This document shows, in pieces, positions 25,700 through 39,406 of a DNA stretch of 64,000 bases. Numbering within the stretch: the stretch's first letter is position 1; each line of letters starts with the position of its first letter. The translations under genes and the position numbers were made by a program. The DNA comes from Stegostoma tigrinum (lineage: Eukaryota), in assembly GCF_030684315.1 (NCBI RefSeq), contig NC_081397.1:8866001-8930000 (forward strand), read 5' to 3'. The notes under the pieces were generated by a model. The model saw nothing but the letters and a program-made list of their open reading frames with translations. It did not search any database and was not told the DNA's origin.

Positions 25700-26575
25700 T
25701 TCAGCCGTGTTGTCAAATAGAAACTGACAAGCATGTGTTGATTCCTCTGCTCAATCATTCACCCTGTAGAAACAGGCAAAAAACAGGTTGACACTCTCTC
25801 ATATATGGAAAAAAAGTTTGCTATACCATTCTCAAATTCACATTTGAAAAATGATATGTACAAATTAATATTTATGCTCACATATCAAACTACATGTACC
25901 CAAATGATAACTACGCTTATATATCCACAGCATATCAACAATCCGTTCTTCTCTGTTGCTAACACTCCAGTTTCACAGCATAACTTCACAGGTCCAATTT
26001 TATAAATGCATTTAAATATCCACAGACTTAACAGTTTTTTTTAGGTGCAGTGTGATAATGGCAGTAGATTCACCAACTTGAGGTACATTTAAGTTGTCAT
26101 TGGATTAGCATGTGGACATACATGGAATAGTGTAGGTTAGATGGACTTCAGATCGGTATGACAGGTTGGCATACTATTGAGGGCTGAAGGGCCTGTACTG
26201 TGCTGTAATGTTCAATGTAACTACACTCCAATTTTCACAAGCAGATTCTCATAGGTACGTACTGATCATGAACTTCACGTATCCATGAAGCAGAAATGGA
26301 CAGGAACAGCTTGGTAATAACCCTCCCAATGTCATACAGCTTGAACTGACAGGTACACTTTGATAACTATATGCATATCAACAGTGCAGTATCTGACACC
26401 TATGTATTGGTAACTACACACATACACACTCTCACACACACACTCTCACGGAGCAGAAAATGAGAAATATAAATGGATAACTAAACAGACATATTGACAT
26501 TGCAGAAATTGACAGGCGACATGGATAACTACACTCATATCTTGCAGCAGAAACTGATAGTGACACTGATTGGAG
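25700..26575 (+). repeat. Degenerate ~49-bp repeat array with a short CR1 3' end at ~26095-26220
   Basis: Same repeat unit as the other arrays. Confidence 0.75.
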
Positions 26576-27114
26576 AGCCGAAGTGGGAGAGAGAGTAAAA
26601 TTTGTCAAATCAACAGAAAGCAAAAAGCACTGGTCACAGCACGTCAGCACTCGTCAGTGACCAAGGTAATCCGATACCAAGACACGCTGGCAGGTGTCTG
26701 AGGAATGTACGAATAGTTTGGGCCTCGATATATTGGAGATTTGAAGAAGGACGTCAAACCTTTCGAGGAAACAAAAAGTAAAGGGTCTTGACGGAACAGG
26801 CAATTTAAAATAGTGTCTAAAGATGGTGCGCACGATTAATGCTCTCTTTCAGGGAAAAAAAAAGTTATCGTTTGGTTTATTAACATATCGAGGTGTTTTT
26901 GAAATGTGAAATGAATATGCAGGTGCAGAGTGCAGATTTCGGCCCCTTTTTGCCGCTTGCATTTAAGTTTTTGAAAATTCGATTCAAGGTCAGAAATGGA
27001 TATTCCACTCGGTTCGGGAATGCGGGAAAGGGAGATGAAGTCAAATATACATTCATAATCTAAAAGTAAATGTATTCGCGCATTCTGTTCTGTTCAACGT
27101 CCGAGTTTTCGTTA

Positions 27115-27763
<649 letters not shown>

Positions 27764-27793
27764 AGAGACCGTTCTGTAACTTGACAATCCAAA

Positions 27794-27834
27794 GGCTCTT
27801 TTCAGAGCCACCCACAACATCAGTGAAAGAGTCT
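27794..27834 (+). terminator. Histone 3' stem-loop and HDE
   Basis: CCAAA-GGCTCTTTTCAGAGCC-ACCCA (stem-loop 27794-27809); GAAAGAGT downstream. Confidence 0.96.
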
Positions 27835-28277
27835 CAGACCTCGTTTTTGTTCGATTGATTTAATTTTAAATATACAGAGCCTGGAACTTCGCAACGTCAA
27901 ATTTCAATCACATCATTCATTGATCCTGTAGTTGTCACAGTTCGATAGAAAATGAAATCCATCCTGCTGCTCCTGATTTCGGTAATATTTCCATTCAGAG
28001 CTGGCAGCCGATGAGCAGGAAGAAGTTATGATGAGCTTATTATAAATTACAATGTATGACATAATTGGAGAACAGAATAATCGTTTTGCAAATACGTTTT
28101 CCAGTCCCACTGCTTGTTGTTCACTGCCAATTTCACATCTCCCTTCATCGCATTAGAGAAAGCGAAAGTGACCCGGGACAGCACGTTGCAGGGTCATTTG
28201 CTTCTGATAATGAACGGCCGCTGACCCTCTGCGCATTAATCTCAGGTGCAGCTCATTTTCCTGCCTTTGATATTATC

Positions 28278-28490
28278 GAGTCCTCACAGTGTGGAAGCAG
28301 GCCATTCGGCCCATCGAGGCCCGACTGACCCTCTGAAGAGCATCTCTCACAAAGTGCCCTTCCATATCCCTGTCACTCTGTCTTTCTCTGGACACACTGG
28401 GCCCATAGCATAGCCATGCCACATAAAGTGCACATCTTTGGACTATGGAGGAAACCAGAGCACCTAGAGGAAATCCTCAAAGACACGAAG
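28278..28490 (-). mobile_element. V-SINE / HE1-like SINE fragment
   Basis: GTGCACATCTTTGGACTATGGAGGAAACCAGAGCACC resembles the antisense V-SINE core; a CR1-like tail is adjacent. Confidence 0.6.
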
Positions 28491-28699
28491 GCCACCCACC
28501 AGCCTACCTTTTATCCTGGGAGAAGTAGCCCTGGCCTGTACAGCTTCTCCCTGAAGCTGAGCCCCTTACAAATCTTTTATGAATGTTTAAGCTTAAAGTT
28601 AAAAACAAAAGCTTCTCGTCAATCTGGCTGTTCATCATCTTGAAACCTTGGATGAACTGTCTAATCCATTCCCTACAGCAGACCAGGAGTGCAGCATCA

Positions 28700-30410
28700 A
28701 AAGGGGACGACCAGGGCTGTTTCAGAAAATTCAGCGGAGAAGGCTTCAGCAAATCCATCAAAGATACCAAGGGGCAGGACTGGAACAGTTTAGTGGCCCC
28801 AACCATCCAAACTGAGCAAAGCAAGATAGTGGACAAAGACAGTTCCCACCCTGATGCTGTCCATGCTTGGTTGACACAGAATGCCAGCAGCGTGGTGTCC
28901 ACTGCCCCGCCAGGCCTCAACGCACCTGTTCTATCGGTCACTGCAGTTGTCAGATCCGTCTTCCTGGTGAGAACACCCAAGGAAAGTAACAGACCTGGAC
29001 TGAAGCACCAACTCTGCATGTAATTCCTGTGGGGAGGTACTCTCTGACATCTTTGTCTCCCTCTGACAAGCTGTACTCTGCACCTGCTTGAGAAGACCAC
29101 CATTATCCCAGTCCTAAAATCTACATGCAATATGACTTCATCTGTACTGCCCAGTGGCTCTGGCATCCAAAATCATGAAGTGCTCAGAGATGCTGGTCAT
29201 GGCCCACTTGAACTCTCGACTTTCAGCCTGCCTCAATCCCTTGCAATTTTCCCACTAATGCAACAGGCCCACAGCAGATGCCCTTTTCCCAGCCCTGCAA
29301 TCATCCCTGGAACATCTGGGCAACAAGGCCACCTACAATCAGGCTTCTGCTCATCAACTACAGCTCAGTCTTCAACACCATTATCCCTGCAAGACGGAAC
29401 TCAAAACTAACACCTCAGGCTTGGCTCCTCCCTGTGCAACTGACTCCTCAGCTTCCTGAAACACAGACCACAAATCAAGAAGATAGGCAACTGAATCTCC
29501 TCTGCGAGGACATTCAAACACTGCAACCCTCAAGAATGCATTCTCAGGTCCCTACTGTACTCCTTGTATACTCACAATTGTTGTCAAATTCTGAATGAAT
29601 GCCACCTATAAGTTTGCTGTTGACAACACTATGATGGGATGGATAATAAATAATGATGATTCAGATGACAGGAAGGAGATGGAGGGTTTGGTGACGTGGT
29701 GCAATTATAAAAAGAAAACTGAATGGTCACAAAACAAAAGAACTTATAATTGGTTTCAGAAGGAAAAGAGCAGAACACACCCTCAGGTCCATCAACAGAG
29801 CAGGGTGCTGAGAGTGTCAATTTCCCAAGAGTTACAATAACCAACAACCTTCATGGGACTTCCCACATAGATGCAATGGTAATGAAGGCACAAAAAGGCC
29901 TCGTCTTCCTGAGGCTGCTCATGTATTTGGCATGTTACTCATGCACCATAGAAAGCATACTGTCTGGGTTCATCAAGGCCTGATATGGAACCTGCTCTGT
30001 CCTGTTCCACGAGCAACTATGGAAGGTTGTGTTCACACCCCACACCGTCACGGCACCCAACTTCCCAACCATGGGCTCTCATTGCTGTGCAAAGCCTGAG
30101 ACATCAAAATCCATCCAACCCCAATGGTGCCCTCCTACAACCTCTTGCATCAGGCAGAAGATACAGAAGCTCGAACACCCACACCAGCAGGTTCAAGAAC
30201 AGATTCTTCCCTGTCATTGTCAGACTGACGAATGGAATCTTAAATTTCAAAAGTGTTGATCTTGCCTGCATACATCCTGTGGAGTGTAACTTGTATGCCT
30301 TATCATTTCCATTTTTCACATTATGACCTGTATGTGCTTACTGACTATGATCTGGCTATACTGCTCGCCAACAAAACCATTCACTATTTAGGAACATGTC
30401 ACAATAAATC
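28700..30410 (+). mobile_element. Decayed Rex1/Babar-like LINE
   Basis: Fragments IRLLLINYSSVFNTIIP, YKFAVD, YSCTIESILSG, LASGRRYRSSNTHTSRFKNRFFP. Confidence 0.8.
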
Positions 30411-31394
30411 TAACTAAATTCCTGTAGCAGAGAGACCAGAATTGAATGCATTATTCCAAGTGTTCTAATCCATGTCCTGTAAAGCTGCAACTTGTCCTCC
30501 CAACTACTGTTCTCAATATACTGGCCAAATTTTCCGAAGGATACCATCAGCAACAAATGTTGAAACAGAAGTTAAACAAGATACAACCTTATTTTCAAAA
30601 GGCTGAAAAAGCCACCCCAGTGCCCCCTGAAAGAAGTTTTGTACAAGATGTGATAATGTGATAATGGGCCAGTTGGAGGTTTCAGTTCAGTGGTGGTTAA
30701 TGCAGCTAAATTGTACGTGTTCAAATATCATGAAACAAAAACAAAAACGGCAACTTCTGATCAGGTTCCAGTTTCACAACTGATTTTTCTTTTTGTGAAG
30801 AGAAGGTGTGTGGCCAAGATATTGTCAATTCACACATTCTTTCCAAGCAGTTTTAAAAGGCAATCATTTCACGTTGAACATCTGTCTCTGCCTCAATTAT
30901 ATGAAAAGAGCACGTCCTTAAAAACAAGACACATTGCTGAATTTACCTTCACCCATTTGTTCAAAATGTGGGAAACTGGCATATTTACTGTCAACCCCTC
31001 ATGCCTCCAGTAGCTTGTGAGCAGGTGTCAGCACTAGAAACATATTCAACCCTAATCATCAAAGCCCTGAAGCCTGCATGCATGTTACATTTATTATAAA
31101 TACAGAGGTTAAAGCGGTTTGAATTTGTTCATCAGATTATTAGCATCACTGGCTCGGCTAAACCACCTGTAATTGCCATAGAGCCATTATATATAAGTCA
31201 ATATCAGTGATGGGAGTGTGGAGTCACACCTAAAAGGGAGAGAGAACATAATAAACTCCAGTAACTCATTGTTCAGCCACTTCCATTTGCTCAAGTTGCT
31301 TTTTTTGACTCCATTTCCAGGGTGACAAGCCTTAGTGGGGTATGGATCATGTGCTTCACCCCTGGCAAACAAAGCAATTACCATCTATTTCAGT

Positions 31395-32490
31395 CAGAGA
31401 AAATGGGAACTGCAGATGCTGGAGAATCTGAGATAACAAAGTGTGGGGCTGGATGAACACAGCAGGCCAAGCAGCATCTTAGGAGCACAAAAGCTGATGT
31501 TTTGGGCCTAGCCCCTTCATCAGAAAATGGGGGCTGGGGAGGCAATTCTGAAATAAATAGGGAGAGAGTGGGAGGCAGACTGAAGATGGATGAAGGAGAA
31601 GATAGGTGGAGTAGCGAGTATAGGTGAGGAGTTAGAGAGGGGATAGATCAGCCTGGGGAGGATGGACAGGTCAAGGGGGGGAGATAAGGTCAGTAGGTAA
31701 GAAATGGAGATGTGGGTGGGAGGAGGGGATAGGTGAGAGGAAGAAAGGGTTAGGGAGACAGGGTGGGGGCGAGCTGGGCTGGTTTTGGGATGCAGTGGGG
31801 AGAGGGGAGATTTTGAAGCTGGTGAAATCGATAGCACTAGGCTGCAGGGTTCCCAAGTGGAACATGAGTTGCTGTTCCTGCAACCTTCGAGTGGCATCAT
31901 TATTGCACTGCAGGAGGCCCAGGAGGGACATTTGCCTAAGAAGTGGGAGGGTGAGTTAAAATGGTTCACGACTGGGAGGTGCAGTTGTTTATAGCAAACC
32001 GAGTGTAGGTGTTCTGCAAAGCTGTCCCTAAGCCTCCACTTGGTTTCCCCAATGTAGAGGGAGCCACAACGGGTACAGTGGATACAGAATAACACATTGG
32101 CAGATGTGCAGGTGAACATCTGCTAGATGTGGATCATCTTGGGGCCTGGGATGTAGCTGAGGGAGGAGGGGTGGGGGGCAAGTGGAGCACTTCCTGCAGT
32201 GGCAGGTGAAAGTGCCAGGTGTGGTGGGGGTGGAGGGGAGTGTGGAGTGGACAAGGGAGTCGCAGACAGAGTGGTCTCTCCGAAAGGTAGATCAGAGTGG
32301 GGATGGAAAAAATGTCTTGTGGTGGGGTCGGATTGTAGATGGTGGAAGTGTCAGAGTTCACCTCCCACTCATGAACTATTTTAACTCCCACTCCCATTCC
32401 TCAGACGACATGTCCAACCTGGGCCTCCTGCAATGCCATAGTGATGTCACCCATAGGTTTCAGGAACAGCAACTCATTCTCCATTGGTGC
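31395..32490 (-). mobile_element. Penelope-like element 3' part (GIY-YIG and terminal repeat) with a short inverted internal piece
   Basis: ORF 31520-32119: FTCTSANVLFCIHCTRCGSLYIGETKWRLRDSFAEH. Confidence 0.88.
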
Positions 32491-32594
32491 CCCATTGATA
32501 CATTGACAGGGATGAACTTTCGTGGAATCTCGACACAGCAGGAAATGGCCTTTCGAGCCTGATCGATCCTCCGAAGAACATGGAAAGAACAGCT

Positions 32595-32810
32595 GATGCT
32601 ATAAATCAGGAACAAGACCAGAAGTAGCTGAAAAAGCTCAACAGGTCTGGCAGTCGTGAAGAAAATAAAATCCAGAGTTGACGTTTCAGCTCCCGCCACC
32701 CTTGCAGTTCTGAGGAAAGCTCACGGGACCCGAAAACTTAGCTCTGATTTTTTTTCTTCTTCAGAGATGTTGCCAGACCTGCTGAGCTGTTTCAGCAACT
32801 TCTGGTTTTG
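32595..32810. mobile_element. Hairpin-shaped PLE-terminus element (second family)
   Basis: Inverted arms; CTGAGGA...GGACCCGAAA core at 32710-32735. Confidence 0.75.
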
Positions 32811-33234
32811 CTGCGACAAGCATCAACCGAAACAGGCTGGGGCCTGAGGGAAAGTGTGATGTCTGGTCTGAACCCCCTACATATTGGCGGGCTTTTCAGA
32901 TTTGAAATAAAAGCGGTTGATGATTTGGCGCCAATTATTTCTCCCGCCCACCTTCCCAGCCGTGTTCAGTTCGAGTGGGGTAACACCAAGGGAAGCATAG
33001 GCAGGGAGGTGCTTTCCTGTCACTCAAATCTCCAGCACACTGGGAGGCTTCAATTATGTACTGCCATCAATTTATATCTTCCCCACAGCAATGTCCGTTT
33101 TGTCTTCTAATTAACGTGACAAATCCACTTCTCGGCCAGATTGAAATTGTTTAATAAACAGACGAAACGACACAATACAACAGCAGAAAAAAACTGGGCG
33201 CATAATAAAGTAACCAACATTGCCAATCGATTGC

Positions 33235-33272
33235 TGCTCTCTCGGGACAGTTTAGTGGCTCTGAAAAGAGCC
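33235..33272 (-). terminator. Histone 3' stem-loop and HDE of H3
   Basis: Reverse complement GGCTCTTTTCAGAGCC at 33257-33272, then CCGAGAGAGCA. Confidence 0.95.
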
Positions 33273-33316
33273 GTTGCGTTTCTCGGGGTGAATGTGCAGG
33301 GCCGGGCACGCTCCGT

Positions 33317-33733
<417 letters not shown>

Positions 33734-33794
33734 TCAACTCTCTACAACACACACACAAGCTGCTGCTGTCAATGCCGACGCCGCTGCTGCGCTG

Positions 33795-33965
33795 CCTATT
33801 TAAGGGAATGGAGAGCCCGCCCTAGAGCTGGGATTGGATACAGTCCCGTCCCTCAATCCCCTGAGAAACAGCTCCGGAAGGGACAGAAAAGGCCGAATAA
33901 TATTTTTTGGAGGCTGATTGGTTAACGTGAAATGACAGTTGGCCTCTTTCAAAAAGCCCGCCGAT
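33795..33965 (-). promoter_or_regulatory. H3 promoter
   Basis: On the - strand: TTAAATA (33797-33803), CCAAT (33833-33837 and 33917-33921), GGCGGGCTTTTTGAAA (~33947-33962). Confidence 0.8.
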
Positions 33966-34969
33966 TTTACCCTCGCGATCCTGAGTTTAAAGTAAATATT
34001 TCAAAGGATAATAAAGTCCGCCTCCGATCAAATCGTGTACTTTGCAAACTAAGTTTTTTGAACAAACTCTACATCAGCGGAGACAGGACGACAGGACTGC
34101 CTCATCTGTCTGTAACAGGCGTGAGGAAAGGGGGAGGGCGTGTAATACAGCCGGACAAACATGATGAACGGAACGTATAACTGCCGTTAATGCATCTAAA
34201 TACCGCCGAATAAAGCATTTTAAAAGCTAATATGGTGCAACACAGTGTAACGAATAAAGTTACACAAACTCAATTTAGCGGCATTTCTACCTTTCGCCTA
34301 GGTTATAATTAGTCCCAAGATAATTTGGCGTTGCTTCCTGCAACAGGCTGATGGAAAGTAAATTAAAACTTTCACAGTTGTCCCAGAATCAAAACTGAAA
34401 GAAATATCATTCCTGTAACGGTTAATGAAATACAAATACAGCAATATATGCTAACTCCAGCCCCCAACTGGATCTGTAAATAAAACTATTCTCCACAATG
34501 CAGTGAACACAATTTTCGGCAAAAGAACTGCGATCTCGAGCTTCATGTTCGAAGCAGATAAAAACAGGGACTTTTTTTCAAAGCAGTTGTGATACAATTA
34601 AACGCCCATGATCAGGCCTTTCTTAACAAGACAACACGGTTTCTTCCATTTCTACGTCAGTTTCTATTCCCCCAGCTGAATGAGACAAAATCATTTCTTG
34701 AGGATTGTGTGGTGAAGAGGGGTTTCAGAGCCTGTGTTTGACTCTTTGAGACTCTCTCCCTGCATGTGTGACAAGCAGACTGACATGAACTGACAAAGCA
34801 CTAGAGCCTATGGTCTATGTGAGCAGGACCTCACACTCACATATTGTAGAGTATGGAAGAGGGGCTGAGTGTAAATCCGATAGGTAAATACGGAACGGTT
34901 ATTCACATAAATCAGTGTCTAAATTATTCCTGCACTCGGAGCTAGGACAGGGATCATTTGATCCGGGCT

Positions 34970-35009
34970 CAGCTCTCTCCTGAAAGATGTGGTGGCTCTG
35001 AGAAGAGCC
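34970..35009 (-). terminator. Histone 3' stem-loop and HDE of the second H1
   Basis: Reverse complement GGCTCTTCTCAGAGCC at 34994-35009, then AGGAGAGAGCTG. Confidence 0.94.
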
Positions 35010-35045
35010 TTTGGGTTCAGGTTGTTACATGTTACACCGACTGCA

Positions 35046-35669
35046 TCATTTCTTTGCTGCTTTCTTGGTCACTTTCGCTTTGGGCTTGGCCTTTGCCTTC
35101 GCCGATTTCGGGGCCGGCTTTGCGGCCTTGGGGCTCTTGGTCTTTTTCACTTTCTTCACGGGAGTCTTTTTCTTCGGCGTTGCTTTCTTCGCCGGTTTCT
35201 TCGGCGTTGCTGCCTTCTTGCCGCCCGCTTTCTTGCCTGTCGCTTTCTTCGCTGCCACCTTCTTGCTCGTTGTTTTCTTCACGGCTGCTTTCTTGGCGGC
35301 TGCTGCTGGTCTCGCCTTCTTTCCCACTTTTGTCTTGACTGGATTCTTTGCGAGTTTGAAGGAGCCGGAGACGCCCTGGCCCTTCACCAGAACCAGGGAG
35401 CCTTTCGCCAGGCACCTCTTGGCAGCCATCCTGATCTGTGCATTTTGCTTCTCCACATTGACCCCGCTTCTCTGCAGCGCCTTCTTTATAGCGACCAGAG
35501 ACGTTCCCTTCCGATCGCTGTTCTCCCCGACAATCTTCACAATCCGCTCGCCCAACCCGGGACCGGCTGGTTTCTTCCTGGGAGCTGTCGCCTTCTTCTT
35601 CTTGGGAGACTTGGGTTTGGTGCTGGCGGAGGCTGGAGGAGCGGTTTCGGCGGCTGCACTGTCGCTCAT
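35046..35669 (-). CDS. Histone H1, 207 aa; inverted paralog of 15092-15730
   Basis: Same globular domain and K/A/P-rich tail; lacks 5 aa (KSPAK) relative to copy 1. Confidence 0.97.
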   Translation of the reverse strand: MSDSAAAETAPPASASTKPKSPKKKKATAPRKKPAGPGLGERIVKIVGENSDRKGTSLVAIKKALQRSGVNVEKQNAQIRMAAKRCLAKGSLVLVKGQGVSGSFKLAKNPVKTKVGKKARPAAAAKKAAVKKTTSKKVAAKKATGKKAGGKKAATPKKPAKKATPKKKTPVKKVKKTKSPKAAKPAPKSAKAKAKPKAKVTKKAAKK

Positions 35670-35744
35670 GTCGGGAACTCTGCGCTGAATCTCTCTCTGT
35701 CAGACTGAACTGGGTCAGCAATGAAGCTGCTGGTGGCGGCACTG

Positions 35745-35830
35745 AGCAACTTAAAGGCAGCGAGCGGACGGCGCGGAGACAACCTGCCCTCAGCTCCCTG
35801 CTCCTGCTGCCTGTCTGTGTTTCTCTCTCG
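35745..35830 (-). promoter_or_regulatory. H1 promoter with H1 box (AAACACA) and TATA-like CTTTAAG
   Basis: TGTGTTT at 35816-35822 (AGAAACACAG on the coding strand); CTTAAAG at ~35750-35756. Confidence 0.7.
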
Positions 35831-36599
35831 GCACAAACTCTCCAATTCCTCTGCAATTCCGCATCTCCAGAGAGCCAGGCTCGATCGTTCCTGACCCTGA
35901 CTCGGGAAGGTTTGCGGCCGAAGCGTTTTCACTCGAATTGACGGCTCCGTTGTCGAGTTAAACGCATTTTGCTGCTGCACTGATCGCTCTCTCTGAGCTG
36001 AGCGCTGGCATTATCATCACTTTTGGGCTGAAATCTAGAAAGCAACAAACACGTTGCCTTGAATTCTAGCTTTGGGGTTTAGTGAGGGAGCAGGGGGATA
36101 AGTTGAATCGAAAATCTTTTTAATTTGCTCAAGACAGACTGGGAAATATCATGATATGAGCGGACACACAAACACAGTTACGTTAAACTCTCCCGACCGC
36201 CCTTTACCTACAGTCTCTCTGACTCAATATTCACATCCATACAGTCGCAGGCCAGAAATATCGCGAAATATAAATGTGGGCGGATATAATTTATTTTCCT
36301 TTCAGCCTTTGCTCCGATACCCAGGGAGTTCGTTGTAGTTTTTTTCTCTCTCCTCAGTCACTGTTAAACTCTCTGAGGACGGAGCGCCGGAGATTCGCTC
36401 TTCTCCTGATTCAGCTGCAAGAGCCAATCATCTGGTTTGAAGTTACATTGATCACCCAGGTCAATATTTTTCTGGGAATAAACAGGCAGAGAAACACAAA
36501 TAATAGCAACTGAAACTAACAAATCAGCCCTTCAAACCTCTCCTCCCAGTCCTCATGAAAATGGCAGGTCATCCAACTCAATAGCCTGTGTCCGTTTCT

Positions 36600-38380
36600 C
36601 TCTCATATCGAATCATTCAGCATATCTTCAGTCCAGCCATAACATGCCGAATTTAATGCCGAACTGAACTAGTTCCACCCACCTGACCCTGGCCTGTTTC
36701 CTTTCAAACCTGTCATGTTCACGTACTAATCCAAATGCCGTTTTAATGTTGTAATTGTAGCCACATCGACCATTTCGTCAGGAAGTTCATTCGACTTGCA
36801 TCAGGCTCTGTGATAATAAAACCCTCGCGTATATTTTTTTGATCTTTCTCCTGTCAGTTTAAAAATGTTCATGCCGCTCTTCAATTCCCCCCTTCCCAGG
36901 CAAAGGACAGCTACCATTGTGTCTAGGCCCGAAATGTCAGCTTTTGTACTCCTCAGAGGCTGCTTGGCCTGCTGTGTTCATTTAGCTCAACACTTTGTTT
37001 TCTTGGATTCTCCAGCATCTGCAGTTCTCATTATTTTATGAACTTCTATAAGCTGACTTTCAACATGCTACACTCGAGTGAAAAAAAAGACTCGCAGTCT
37101 ATCCATCCTTTCCTTATAACTCGAACCTGACATACTCGAAATATTGGTGAACTTAATCTGAACCGTCTCCACCTTAATCCTGTCCTTCCTCTAACTGGCC
37201 GACCAGAACTGTTGGCAGTATTTCAGAAGTGGCCTCACCCAATGCCCTGTGTAACGTCAATGTGAATGCCACCTCCTAAACACAAAGGACTGAGCAGCGA
37301 AGGAAAGCGTGCCAAACACCTTCTTAACCATCCTGTTGAGGTGTGATGCAGACTGAAAAGAATTCTCGGTCCTTCTCTTCTACAACACTACCCATTAATT
37401 GTACAGGGCCTACCCTTGATTGTTGCACCAAAATGCAACACCTCACAGTTATCCAGTTGAACTCCATTTTGCAGCCCAACCGATTGGGTTATGATCCCTT
37501 TGTAATCTCAGAAAACCTTCTCCATTCACTATGATAATAACTTTGCGAGCATTCACAAACATGCTTACCATGCCTTCTATATTCTGATCCACATCATTTT
37601 TATAAATGACAAACAAAAACAGAGCCAGTACAAATCCCTGTGGAAACCACTGGTGACAGGCCCCCAGACTGAAAACAAAACAGCCCTCCACTTTCACTCT
37701 CTCTCTATTGCCATTAAGCCAATTATACCTTGATTCTATTTCTTCACAATTGCTGCACACAATAACATTTTGAAATCATATAGTGTGTTGGATGGAGCTG
37801 ATTTCTGCGGTCGAGAATTCCAGAGGCATACCGTTCTCTGAATGAAGAAAGCTCTCACTTTCTCAGCCCTAAATGTCCTATCCTATTTCCGAAACATGTA
37901 ATTCCTACCATCAGGAATATTTTTCCAGCATTTATATTGTTTAAGTCTGCCAGTGGCTAACAGGTTTTTACAAAAATCCCTCATTTTTCTGAACTTTAGC
38001 ACAGAAGTTCACAAACAGTTCAATCTCTCCTTCCATCCCAGCAATCTGCCCACTAAAACTACCTTTATAGTAACACCATCCTTCCTCAGATAAGGAGGCC
38101 ACACCTGCTGTCAGTATTCGAGATGTTGTCTCACAGATACCCTGTTAAATTGCCACAATTTCTACTTTTCTCCTGTACTCTAATTACCTCTCCATGAAGG
38201 AAAACATGCCAGTTACCTTCCTCACTGTCTGCTACACCTACATGCTTAATTTCAGTGATTGGTTTGTGAGGACACCCAGATCTCATTGCAAATTCCACTG
38301 TGTCCAACTATCGACATCCAGAAAATAAAGTGCCTTCCTTTTATTTTGCTACCAACGTGTATAACCTTATATTATACAGT
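36600..38380 (-). mobile_element. Decayed CR1 fragments (two adjacent relics)
   Basis: ORF 37449-37760: WLNGNRERVKVEG...PQGFVLALFLFVIYKND; further degenerate CR1-like sequence continues to ~38380. Confidence 0.7.
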
Positions 38381-39178
38381 GCATTCCTGGGTCAAATTGA
38401 GGACACATTGATGGGAGGGGGAGTTGAACTGGTTCGCAACTGGGAGGTGCGGTTATTTACTGCGAGTGTAGGTGTTCTGCAAAGCAGTCTGTAAGCCTCC
38501 ACTTGGTTTCCCCAATGCACAGAAGGCCACACCATGTACAGCGGATGCAGTATAACACATTGGCAGATGTGCAGGTGACTATCTGCTTGATATGGAAAGT
38601 CATCTTGGGGCCTGGGATGGGGGTGAAGGAGGTGGTGTGGGGGCAGGTGTAGCACTTCTTGCAGTTGCAGGGGAAAGTGCCGGGTGTGGTGGGGTTGTAG
38701 GGGAGTGTTGAGTGGATGAGGCAGTCGCGGAGAGAGTGGTCTCTCTGGAAGGCAGGCAAGGGTGGGGATGGAAAAATACCTTTGGTGGTGGGGTCGGATT
38801 GTAGATGGCAGAAGTGTCGGAGGATGATGTGTTGTTTCCGGAGGTTGGTGGGGTGGTATGTGAGAACGAGGGGGATTCTATTGGGGCAGTTATTGAGAGG
38901 GTGGGGTGTGAGGGATGAGGTACAGGAAATGCGGGAGACACGGCCGAGGGTGTTCTTGACCACTGTCGGGGGAGGGTGGGGTGGAATGTTGCGGCCCTTG
39001 AAGAACGAGGACATCTGGGTTGTGCAGGAGTGGAATGCCTCATCCTGGGAGCAGATGCGGCAGCGGTGACGGAATTGGGAATAGGGGATGGAATTTTTGC
39101 AGGAAGGTGGTTGGGAGGAGGTGTATTCATGGTAGCTGTGGGAGTCGGTGGGCTTGAAATGGGCATTGGTTTATAGGT

Positions 39179-39406
39179 CAGAGATAATGGGAACTGCAGA
39201 TGCTGGAGAATCCAAGACAACAAAATGTGAGGCTGGATGAACACAGCAGGCCAAGCAGCATCTCAGGAGCACAAAAACTGACGTTTCGGGCCTAGACCCT
39301 TCATCAGAGAGCTCTCTGATGAAGGGTCTAGGCCCAAAACGTCAGCTTTTGTGCTCCTGAGATGCTGCTTGGCCTGCTGTGTTCATCCAGCCTCACATTT
39401 TGTTGT
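39179..39406. mobile_element. 228-bp insertion containing a 190-bp spacerless palindrome of PLE termini, with a 14-bp TSD
   Basis: Arms 39217-39311 and 39312-39406; TSD ATTGGTTTATAGGT at 39165-39178 and 39407-39420. Confidence 0.92.
39280..39307 (-). ncRNA. Minimal hammerhead ribozyme motif (intact core)
   Basis: Reverse complement CTGATGA-AGGGTC-TA-GGCCC-GAAAC-GTC. Confidence 0.7.

Noticed and set aside
20900-26575. CRISPR-like reading of the regularly spaced repeats
   Set aside because: Eukaryotic context, degenerate units without unique spacers, and no cas genes.
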